Part shown: piece after piece, positions 28,811-40,550 of the stretch
Position numbering within the stretch: the first letter of the stretch is position 1
Layout: each line of letters begins with the position of its first letter
Assembly: GCA_965113315.1 (NCBI GenBank)
Contig: OZ220370.1
Strand: one strand, 5' to 3'
Length of the DNA stretch: 64,000 nt
Source of the DNA: Podarcis vaucheri
Lineage: Eukaryota
Notes under the pieces: model-generated
Told to the model about the DNA's origin: nothing
Databases searched by the model: none
Seen by the model: only the letters and a program-made list of their open reading frames with translations
Position numbers and translations under genes: made by a program

Positions 28811-29160
28811 AAGGTAAAGGGACCCCTGACCATTAGGTCCAGTCGTGGCCGACTCTGGGGTTGCGGCGCTCATCTTGCTTTATTGGCCGGGGGAGCCAGC
28901 GTACAGCTTCCGGGTCATGTGGCCAGCATGACTAAGCTGCTTCTGGCGAACCCGAGCAATGCACGGAAACGCCATTTACCTTCCTGCCGGAGCAGTACCT
29001 ATTTATCTACTTGCACTTTGACGTGCTTTTGAACTGCTAGGTTGGCAGGAGCAGGGACAGAGCAATGGGAGCTCACCCCATCGCAGGGATTCGAACTGCC
29101 GACCTTCTGATCGGCAAGCCCTAGGCTCTGTAGTTTAACCCACAGCACCACGCACGTCCC
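28811..29160 (-). mobile_element. Sauria SINE, full length
   Basis: tRNA-like head, (ACCTTT)n tail, degenerate 12-bp TSD TGTTCTTATGTA / TGCTCTTGTGTA. Confidence 0.92.
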
Positions 29161-30644
29161 TGCTCTTGTGTACTCTGCAGTAATTATTGTTCTACTCACG
29201 CCTACCCCACTTAGCACTGCATTGAATTCCACCCACACGTTTAATAAGGCAACTATATGTGTGTGTACACACACACTTCTTTGGATGGAGAGGATTAGGT
29301 AAATCTAACTAGGACTACATTAACATGCACACACAAGAAGCAAACAAATACACAGGGTGTACACAAGGCATAGGAGAAAGATGGCTGAGTAATAAGTGGT
29401 CTGTGTAAGGCAATGGGGTTGTTGTTTTTTTAAAGAATGGGCTGCTCAGAGAGCAGTCACCAATGCTGATGTGTGGAGTGCTGGTGATGTCTTGACCTAG
29501 GACATTGCTCTTTGTTAGGCTGATGATGAGCCTGAACTCCATGCAGGCTTGGGCACGAGTCTTTGTAGAGCTTCCTTGGAGTGTGCTGTCAAGGCTGTGT
29601 CATCTACAAACACCATCTCTTAGATAAGAACCCACCACAGTTTTGTCTCGGAGTGGGGATGTGCCAGGTTGAACAGACCCCTGTTGCTCTTTGAATGGAA
29701 GCATACACCATATTCAGTCAAGCTGAAGGCACAGGACAGCAACAGGGAGAAGGGAGAAGAATAAGCCAAAGAGAGTCTTTATAAGGAAGGTCAACATTCG
29801 TCAACATTCTACATATCTGGATAGACTTGGCAAACCAAAATGGTTTTTATTAGATGCGAAAAGGAAGTACAGTGATGCCTGATAACAAGGAAGAAAGATT
29901 TCTGCTTCAGCAAACCAGGATCCAGAGATGCAGGAACTAAAAGGGAGCCCATAAAAGGACTCTTGACCACCAACAAGGATCTCCACTTCAGCAAGTAGGG
30001 ATCCAGGCAGGCAGAAAACTAGGGGTAGTTGAGGAAAAGCTGCGGAAGAGAATGGAATCAGTCCCCTAGTTCCATGCTGAAATAAAGTGATTTCAGTACG
30101 AGTGGTTTCAAGCAGCAAACTGAAGAATTTGGCTGTGAAGCCTGGTGTTTATATAACTGCCCTAAACAAAATCTCTGAAGCAAATTCCAAAATTGATTTG
30201 CTATAGGGAGGTGTAATTCCTGGGCAGCCTTTCTTGCAGCACGGTGTAACTATGCACTTATTGGCAGGATGGGGTCCCCACCCTGCAGACTTTTCTTTTG
30301 TGGAGGCCAATAGTGTTATGCACTCTTTAGTTAGCATGATTAAATTAAATTTAGACCGGCCTCCTCTCTGGAGCAATGCCCTATTGTAATACTGGCTTGT
30401 CAGGGCTTCATTGCCTGAGGTCCTGTGCATGTGAATTGCAACATCATCTCAGTCGAGGTGACCAATTTCCACCAGGCAGTCATCCAGCAGCCTCCTTGCT
30501 TTTATTGCAAAATAAACCATAGTCAATACTGGAGCGAAGTGCTTCCCAGGCTCTTGCAGCTAGCAGCCTGCCAACACTTCCCTTTTACCTTTAAAGAAAG
30601 ACAAAAACACCTTCTGCAATGATTTCCTTAACGGTGAAAAGACT

Positions 30645-30793
30645 GTGGAGTCTCCTTCTTTGGAGGTCTTTAAGAAGAGGCTTGACAACCATATGTCAGG
30701 AGTGCTCTGATGGTGTTTCCTGATTGGCAGGGGGTTGGACTCGATGGCCCTTGTGGTCTCTTCCAACTCTATGATTCTATGATTCTATGATTC
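30645..30793 (+). mobile_element. CR1 3' stub, same young subfamily as 40551-43288
   Basis: Near-identical 3'UTR with (ATTCTATG)n tail. Confidence 0.9.
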
Positions 30794-31521
30794 CACACAC
30801 AACAACATCACTAACAGAGGGCCATCTGAAACACAGGTAGACAGGCTCCTTGGCTTCCCATGCTTACAAGAAAGCCCAGCAGTGGACGTTGTGAGGCTTT
30901 CAGGAAGCATAGGCTACTGGGAGGGCTGCAGAATGAAAACCTCACCTCTTTGCTATTTTCACATACAGTATCTTTGAAGATAGTTTAAAAAAATATGCAC
31001 GCTATCAATTCAACATGGTTAACTTTTGTATTTGATTTTATGCATGTGTGTGTGTAAAAAAACAAAACAATAAGAGTTTTTGAATTATTGGGGAAATGTC
31101 ATTGGGCTCTTAATGAAATCCATGAGTCTGACCATCTGATATCCCCAGCTTTAGCCAAATCACCTCCCACTTTGTCCCTGTTAAAAGCAGCTGCTAGGAC
31201 AGGTATCACAAAATAAAATTGGGGCCTGCCTTCCTTCATTCCCCTTCCCATAATTCAACAGCAGCAGTTACATCCCACTTACTTAAATATTAGTGCCAGT
31301 GCAGGACTTTCTCCCAGTGCAAATAGCAGCAGCAGTGAAGAAGCACTTTTGGTCAGGACTGTGGTACCTGCTATAATGCTGATAATTATCACCTCACAGC
31401 AATTTCTATTTGCATTTTTTAAATAAAAATGTGCACATTAAATCATAGAACTGTAGAGTTGGGTCATCTAGTCCAACCCCCTGTGCAAATACATATTTAA
31501 CACCAACCTAGTTTGGTCCTC

Positions 31522-31872
31522 GGGATGCAGGTGGCGCTGTGGGTTAAACCACAGAGCCTAGGACTTGCCGATCAGAAGGTCGGCGGTTTGAATCCCCGCG
31601 ACGGGGTGAGCTCCTGTTGTTTGGTCCCTGCTTCTGCCAACCTAGCAGTTCGAAAGCATGTCAAAGTGCAAGTAGATAAATAGGTACCACTCCGGCGGGA
31701 AGGTAAACGGCGTTTCCGTGTGCTGTTCTGGTTCGCCAGAAGTGGCTTAGTCATGCTGGCCACATGACCCGGAAGCTGTACGCTGGCTCCCTCGGCCAAT
31801 AAAGAGAGATGAGCGCCACAACCCCAGGGTCGGTCATGACTGGACTTAATGGTCAGGGGTCCCTTTACCTTT
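31522..31872 (+). mobile_element. Sauria SINE, full length
   Basis: Head GGGATGCAGGTGGCGCTGTGGGTTAAACC, ACCTTT tail, perfect 16-bp TSD ACCTAGTTTGGTCCTC. Confidence 0.93.
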
Positions 31873-33929
31873 ACCTAGTTTGGTCCTCAGTAACAGAGCA
31901 TGCAGAAGGTCACATGCTGAATAACCACCGGCATCTGCAGGAAGGGATGGGTAAGACTGCTGTCTGAAACCCTGGAGACTGTGTGTCAGTCAGGGTAAAC
32001 AATACTGAGCAAGATGGACCACTGTTCCAACACTATTTGGCAGCTTCCAACATACTTACATTCCTGTTCGGCTGCACTGGTTTTTCACTTTGCCATTAAA
32101 TGACCTGAGCAAGCAAACCTTGAATGTCTTCTGCCATGCGAGCACTTGAGGTGCTGACCATCTGCTCGGCAAGACCTTTTTAGGATCCAGCAAAAAGCAA
32201 GATTTCTTCCATGATGCTACTGCTGCTTTGAAACTGTCCCTCCCAGGAGGCTTGCTAGACCAGCTCACTTATAGCTTTTGGCACGCAATGAACATTTTTA
32301 TTCCACCACCCTTTTCATATTTTGACTGTGACAGGTATGGGTTTATTGGCAGGTGCTGCATTATCGTTTTGGTCATTGAGAGTGATGCTTTATATTGTGG
32401 TCATATGTCTTGATTTTTATTGTTATTGATTTCACGTTATTGTAAACTGCCTTGCATAATTTCGGTCAGAATGGTGGTCTAGACATCTTGAAAATAAAGA
32501 AATTAAGTAAATAATCCTGAATGTTTGGGATCATTGAGTCATCTGCTACACGCCTCTATGCATTAACAGTCAGCATTTTCTGAAAATTATTTCTCCCCAT
32601 GGACCGATGGGCTCTGATGCAGAGCAAGTGGCAATCAGTAGATGAAATCCAATGGTTTTAGATCAGCTGAGTCATCAATTGTTTCGTTTTTGGAGCTGAG
32701 TTCTAATTTAGTCACACTGAAGACAAACAAAACTCAGCTAGTTTGATATCAGCATTTCACTTTAACAGAGATTTTCTCAGAAAAACAGTTAAAAGTGATT
32801 AAAAGTGGGACCTTTTTAATTATCCAACAAAAACTATCTTTTAATAATTGTAGCTAACACAAACATTTTCCTTTTCAACTAGCATATACTCTAAACTTAG
32901 AAAGTGTCCAGTGCTACTCTGAGAAAAAAGTTGCAAGAGGTATACCCTATATACAAACTGTACACTGGTACTCAGTCAGAAGCACAAATGCTTAAATTAT
33001 CCTGAATTACATCTTCAGTCCGTAAAACAAGCAAAATTAAGATTATATTTTCACTTATATTGGGCAATTGAGTAATTATTATAATATGCTACTGAAAGAA
33101 ACCAAGCATAAACAACAGATACTTATGCTTCTACTGTATTATTTAGAGATATTTTGAGCAGATCATAAAGTAACAGGATTCATAATTGCGAGCAATACAG
33201 AGGTGCTTACATTGATTGTAACTAATGAGGTATTGTTATAAAGCCTCGGGCATCTTGCCACTTGTTTTGCATAAATAATGTAAGGAATAAACTTGCATCC
33301 TGTTAACGTGGTGCTTTTTTTAACTCGTCTGCTCAAAACAGAGTGAAGGTGTGGGTGTGTGACAATAGACCCATCATGCATGCACAGAATGCTATGCAGA
33401 TGTCTGTAAAAATTAATTGGTGAAGTGTTCATGTGTAGCTGCTCGCCGTAATGGCTTGGCCATCACCGTCCATTTTGAGTCAAGCAGACAAGCTAAGGGT
33501 TGGATCCTGAATTGCCCTTCCATCCACAGCAGGGAATGCAATCCAGCACAGACTCCAGCTGGATGAACACAGGAAGGAGCCTATTTCTGCTAATTCCCCT
33601 ACAGCTAGGGATGGGAGATCCCATTTTCAGCAGACACAGCAACCCTAACTGATTTGAAATGTTTCTTTTTCACAGCAACAAGACAATATTTCCTCCCTGT
33701 CTTCTTAACTTGTCTGTCTATTTTTTTAACTGACCAGGCAGAGAGCCTGTGAGACACTGGTGTGATTCAGCACCAGGCATCAAGAAACAGACTGGAAGTT
33801 AGATTAAGGCTTCCATACATCCTCCACCCCAAATCTTGGAAACCAATTTGTTAAGGATGCTGGGAGTTGTAGTTCTGTGACGGATGAACTACAGTTGCCA
33901 GGATTCTTGGGTGTATGTGTGCTTTAAAT

Positions 33930-34055
33930 ATAATAATAATATTATAATTTATTATTTATACCCCGCCCATCTGGCTGAGTTTCCCCAGTCACTCTGGGCG
34001 GCTCCCAATCAAGTGTTAAAAACAATACAGCATTAAATATTAAAAACTTCCCTAA
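33930..34055 (-). mobile_element. L2-type 3' stub nested in a degraded Harbinger-like MITE (~33808-34085)
   Basis: Reverse complement of the 2534-2660 family; flanks resemble the 36241-36401 MITE. Confidence 0.65.
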
Positions 34056-36240
34056 AAATGCATTTTAAATGTATGGTGTGCATAAGATAGTAGCCTAGAC
34101 GGAAATCTCTAGGACCTAGGAGAGCTCCCAGGCTAAAAGGGATGCTGCTGCCACTGGGGGTTATGGCTCAATACTGGAGAAGTCCTGCGGACAGCTCAGA
34201 CCTCTCACCTTAACTGTGACTTAGCAAAACTTTATAAAGGGGATTCCATCCTGACTTGGAGCATCATACTTCAGCATCTCCAGATAGCCTCCAGATGCAC
34301 CTTCATTGTTCTCTGCAATACTTTTGCTCATTCCCTTCCCTCTGGTGCTCCAAATGCTGCAAAATCAACATTTTTCAGGGACTCTGGGAAATGTCCTGAG
34401 CATCAGAGTCCTTAACATCAAAAATCTGGAGAACAACACATCCCAGGGCTCCTTGTGTCTGGGATCTAACATTTGCCGTATTTACCCATTTGTTCTACTT
34501 GTCATTCATTTAAGAATGTCTAGAAATGGGTCCTATTCGGTTCAGTTTTCCACTAGTCCCGAAATGTTTGCACATCTCAAATGCCCAAACTTCATAGGAT
34601 CAGTGTTATTTTCAAAAAGAGAGATGGGACAGAGAAGCAGGCTATGAATCTTGTTCTTTCAGGCCGGTCTTCCAGATGCTGAAGAACACATACAGTGTGC
34701 TGGCATTGAGTCAAATCCCAGAGAAGATATGGCTGATGCAATCTTGCACTTTGTAAAATGGCTTCAACAAGGGCATTTTAACTGGGTATGTGCAGCTAGA
34801 CCCTTCATATTAGCATGGGGTGGGGTGGGGGAGAGGAATTAGATCCATGTTATTTATTTTTGTGTGTTGAATCCCGACCAATATGATCTCCTAGTAATAA
34901 GTATATTTGGAACAAATGTAATAATATCCACATGGATATAACCCTCAACACCTATCTATGCTTAAATATACTAGTGCATGTTATTGATAAATTGATATTT
35001 TACATGGTATATAAAACCGAGGCACCCTCAAATTTTCCAATCATTTTTAGAACACCTATTTGGGATCATAGCACCTGATAGCTACCTTTTTCTGTGACCA
35101 GGAAGCAGTGAGTGGAGAAAAGCCAAAGAGGGCAATAAAGTTCCCTCACTGGAAATTATGCACAGAAAAGCTGTTTTCTTTTTAAAGTAAAGAATTTAAT
35201 TTTAAAAAGCAAAGGGATTAGATACACACAGCATCCAGATGAATAAATGCAAAATGTAAGGCAAAGAATTGCGTTTTGCAGAGACATATCACCTTACTGG
35301 TAAGTAGCTCTCTGAATAGGTTTCTAAATGATTGATGCTGTTTTAGCTAATTCTGACACTGTCTTGCTTTTTTTGACCTTGGAATGAAAATTCGGTCAAA
35401 ATTCTCAAGAGTAAGTTTGAACCTTTGGCTCCACACCACTCTATCCTGCCATATGAGTCCGTGCCCATTATAGATGTGTGCATACATCTGTGCATATTGC
35501 TTCTTAATATGCACATTTGAAAGGCTACAGGAAGATACCCTTTGGCCAATGTCAGGGTCAAGCTGCACATTAAGCACACTTCTTTCTTTTTTTAAAGGAT
35601 GCTTAACATTACCACTTTTCACTTGGAGGAAAAGCAGCCGATCAGCAGCTGTTGCTAGTGAGAAGAGGCAATCAGACAGAAAACAGTAAATTGCCATCCT
35701 TTCTCCATTCCCTTGCCTTACAATGGGGATAGTAAAAAGGGGCTCTCAAACTTTCTACCCACATGGCTCACTTAGCTGAAAATTACATAGGCCCACCAGT
35801 CACAAAATGGTGGCAGATGGAGGCACAGTTTCCAGGCACCAACAGTAATCTATTTGTTTTGAAAATGCTACATTATTTTCCACAGCATTTCCTTGTGACA
35901 AGCAGTTCCTATATTCTCTTCCTCTCATAATCTTCCCTTTCTATTTCTGTTATTAATAAATAAAAATTAAATGCTAATCTTTGGATTTGATTTCCCCCCA
36001 ACATTGCCTCTTTTTACTTCAGAAAGGGGCAGCCTTCCTTCCCCTACCCTGCCCAACTCTTATGTTTCTCAGACACTTTTACTCAGCATGCAAAGAGTTG
36101 CTGGTGCTGGCATTGTCCCAACCAAACGACTATGGCACAGCTAGTGGGTAAGGCAGCCAAAGGAGGAGACACTGTGCAGGCTGTGGCACTTGAGACTCAC
36201 CTGAAAGTGGCCCATTGGCGGGTCCCAGCTGATAGTTTGA

Positions 36241-36401
36241 GGCTGCATGCACACCATACATTTAATGCACATGCCCTCCCCCCAAAAAAAGAATACTGGG
36301 AACTGTAGTTTGTTGAGGGTGCTAGGAATTATAGCTCTGTGAAGAGTAAAGTACAGTTCTCAGGAGGATGTTCCTTAAATGTCTGTGGTGTGTACACAGC
36401 C
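36241..36401. mobile_element. PIF/Harbinger-like MITE
   Basis: TIRs GGCTGCATGCACACCA / TGGTGTGTACACAGCC and 3-bp TSD TGA. Confidence 0.7.
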
Positions 36402-38052
36402 TGAAAAACACAGTTGTAAAGGATCGGGGGGGGGGCACAGTGGGCGAGGGCACTGACAAACAGAAATTCTCCTGGAAGTTCCCCTGTAATTCCTGCTGCA
36501 AGTCTTGCCGTTTCTGGTAGTTGATGAGAGATGTGAGGAAGTAAGAGAAGGTAGCAACAGCTCCTACTTCACCCACTCTGGGTATCGCACAGTGCCACCT
36601 TCAGAGAAAATGGGCACAGGAGCCTCTGTCCAATTGCTTGCCCTATCTTTCTCTGGGTGCTACAGCTTAGAGGACTGGACATGGACAAATTAGCTCTAGT
36701 AGCAACACTGGATGGGGCCGCACATTTCACCTTTATATAAGAGAGGCATCCAGCCACTTCAGTGGGACTCAGGATGAGCACTGGAATGCAGGTGCAAAGG
36801 CACATTCAGACACCAAACACAACAACATGACCTCTGCATACATAAGTCTGCTTCCACATGTTCTCTGAAGAAAGCAAGATATCCTTACTGACAAACCAAG
36901 ACATTTTCAGAGTTGGAAAAACTGTGCATTGTTTAGCATATTCAAATTCTTTTCTCTAAGGCTTCTGTTTGCTATGCCTTTGACTGAGTTTATTTGCAGC
37001 ATGTATTTTGTTCATTAATTTTGTTTGCATATGTTGATTTAGAGCGGGTTAAACATAGTGTGGACTTGATGCAACTAACCCTCTCACCCAAGTATTTAAG
37101 TAACAAGCTTTTTTTACTTATGTTTTGTAGCAACATGCATACTGCAACTTTCATTTATACTGTAACTTTCCCTTGTCACGCGCTACTGTTCTCCTGTGCA
37201 GAAACCACTGGCAGAAGTGAAAAAGCAGGTCACCTAATGATGACAATGTATTTTAAGCATTACAAGCTCTCTTGAAATCCTACCTTCAGCAACACAGAAC
37301 GGCAGCTAAATAATTCATTGGGTATTGACAAGGTCCGATAAAAGGGAAGGTCTGGATTGCACTGGGACCAATAACTTCTTTTCCGTGTCCACAAGGAAGA
37401 TGCATTTCTGCTTCCTTCCCCTTTTGGAAGATTTACATACTTCTCTCTTCACATTATGTTGGGCTCTTAGTGCTACAGTTCTAGCTGGACAGTGTGAGAA
37501 CTAACTATATCTGCTTTGTCCTGCACATTCATTGAGTGTGACATCATATGCAGCTGATTCCATAGTCATGTAAGACATATTCTCAAATCATAAGGCTTCT
37601 CCAACACACTGAATAAATGCTTCTTCATTGCAGTTTCTTTTGCAATGTCTAGATTTCCCTTCCTCCTACCATAGACATCTAAACTTAGACTGCAGCCTGT
37701 TACAAAGGAGCTTCGATTGTAATCAACATGGCTGCAATGTACAAAAGTGTGGCCCAAATGGAGTTTTAATTTGCTTGTTGGCCCACTGACGTTGCAGTAT
37801 ATGAAAGGCTAAAGTTTATTATACAACCCTTTTTTTAAAAAAAGAGCCCTGCTGCTCTATGATATCATTCATACATGCGTCAGAAAGCATTGTAAATATG
37901 GGAGAAAATTAATTCCTCCCCCCCCCTCCTATGTAATTTGCTCTAAATTGTACTGCAATGACCTGCATCCTTTTGCTGTATATCTATTGTCATGGTACTT
38001 CAAATGCACTTAATAAATTGCACCTTCTATGAAAAGAAAAGGTGATGGATTG

Positions 38053-38192
38053 NNNNNNNNNNNNNNNNNNNNNNNNNNNNNNNNNNNNNNNNNNNNNNNN
38101 NNNNNNNNNNNNNNNNNNNNNNNNNNNNNNNNNNNNNNNNNNNNNNNNNNNNNNNNNNNNNNNNNNNNNNNNNNNNNNNNNNNNNNNNNNNN
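38053..38192. other. Assembly gap
   Basis: Run of N. Confidence 1.
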
Positions 38193-40236
38193 GGTTGAAA
38201 GATGCTGGTGTTGCTATATTTGGCTAATGGTCTAGGGATGCTAGAGTGAAGAAGGGTAATTCACAGGGGTGCATGCATTATTTAATGAATCCCTCCGAGA
38301 TAGAAGAAAGGACAGATCAATGATAAAATGACAAGTTATCATTGCTTACAAAGCACATTTAAACAAACTGAGTAATGTTCAAAGGGGGTGGGGAGAGACT
38401 TTTCAGCTCTCTTGTAAGATAGCCGTATTCTTACTGTCACATGTTCATCCTTCCTTTTTTCAGAGGCATACTTTTGCTACATTATCACTTTATTAAATTT
38501 TGTCTCCATGTCAGAGTGAAAATAAAAGCAAAACCTTGCAAGCTACTGGACAGTTAGGTCTAACTGAAAGTTATAATGGATACAGCATGTATATACGATA
38601 CTAAAAAATTGATAGCTCTGTCATGTGGGACCCATTAACAAGCTTTTTCGGCGGGCAGAGTTTGGGGCTTCGTCTCCAGGAGCACTTAGCTACCCTAGGA
38701 TGCTCAAGCCATGCAGACTAAGTAGTTATCTTATTTACAGGTGATCAGTTATGAATTAATATGAATGGTAAATTGTGCGTCTGAAGTTGGGGCTAAATGT
38801 TCTTCTATGAACAACAGTGATCAAGATACAAGACGTTAATAAAAGGAAAAGGAAGTTATCTAGGATAAATTAATTTCTAAGTAGCATGACAGCAGATGCA
38901 ACCATAAAGTTTCTAATGAAAACAGTGGTTTATATCTGAAGAATATATAACAAAAATATTATGCTACAGTTAGGGTGTGTTTCAAATAAAGGTTCAAGAG
39001 AAGAGACCACAGGCTAAAGGAACAAATAAAAATAAGTTAATGGCTTTTGCACGAAAACAGCAGTTATAAATAGAGTTTTTGGAAATGTATCTCTTTAATA
39101 CTCGACAATGAACTATAACTGCTGCTCCTTAGCTTTCCTGGAAGATGTTTAGAATTTATGCATCTCTATATATTCTCCTTTATAATACAGAAGGAGCTAT
39201 CACACATTGGCCTGGCCATTGTGACCATGTGAGCACGATGCAGGCTCCTGGAGAGGATCTTACAGCTGGTTTGGGACTTGTAGTATAAACCTTGGTTCTA
39301 GCTCATGGTCAATGAGGAGTGAGCTCACTAGGAGCCCTAGTTCAGATGACATGCCAAGACAAAGCTTGGCTTACCTTAGCGTGGTACAGCAGCAAAAAGA
39401 ACCAGTGAAGAGCAAGGGGCCTGTGCACTTGTCTGGAAGACCTCACGCTCTCAAGGTCAAGGTTTGGCTTAGCCTATTGAACCAGGCTGGTATGTCATTC
39501 TTTTTGCACTCTATTTAGACAAATTATGCCAGTTTACTATGAAACTGTTTTAGCAATGTGATCCAAATCTCTGACTGGCTTCATATTTGTCCATTTTCAT
39601 GCATCTAATTTGCCAAAGGACACATTTCCTCTGATCCAATGGCAGCTTCAAAATGGACAAAGATCTCATTCATACTCAGAGATATTCTGTCCACTTTAAT
39701 GCATAGATGGGGTGGCTTCATAGATAACAAAATATACACATGCAGAACTCTCTATAAAAATTCCAATTTCCTAATCTGGGAATAATCCCAGTCTCCTCCT
39801 TTTGCCCCATGTAAAATCTGGACCACTCCCTTGCTCTGAAGTATTTTAAAGCAGGATCATTTAGAAAGCCTCCTTCTGCACGATAAAATTTGGGATGAAG
39901 ACTCTTCAAGAAGGTATACCATACTCCATTCTGGCTCCTGGTCTCAGGGGTCCTCAAAACCCCACGTGATCCCCTGTACTCAGAGCATCCCTTGGTGGAG
40001 AATTTACTCGAAGGGTTTCATTGCCCCCTCTCATTACGGGACTCCACTCATTTCGTTTTATATAAACTGTGATCTCTCCTGTTTTCTCTTACATAGTTCT
40101 TCTGACTCTACTTGTACAATGACCTCTCCTGCTAGCTTTTCCAGCTCCCTCTCCTGCTCCCTCTTTCTGTCTCACCACTATAGATGATAACCCTAGACCC
40201 CTTATGTTCTATTACTCTTCCTCATATGCTCAGGAA

Positions 40237-40372
40237 NNNNNNNNNNNNNNNNNNNNNNNNNNNNNNNNNNNNNNNNNNNNNNNNNNNNNNNNNNNNNNNN
40301 NNNNNNNNNNNNNNNNNNNNNNNNNNNNNNNNNNNNNNNNNNNNNNNNNNNNNNNNNNNNNNNNNNNNNNNN
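40237..40372. other. Assembly gap
   Basis: Run of N. Confidence 1.
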
Positions 40373-40550
40373 AATACTCAGAACCCTTCCAAAAAGAGGC
40401 AAAACACTTACACACTCCCACAGACAAATTAAATGCAGACCATAAAAGAAGCCACTCAGCAGAAACAAACAACCCCCAAACCTCTATTTCTTAAGGGAGC
40501 TCAGGAAGCCTGACTGGGGCACTGTGGTGTCCATGGGTGCCATATTGGGG

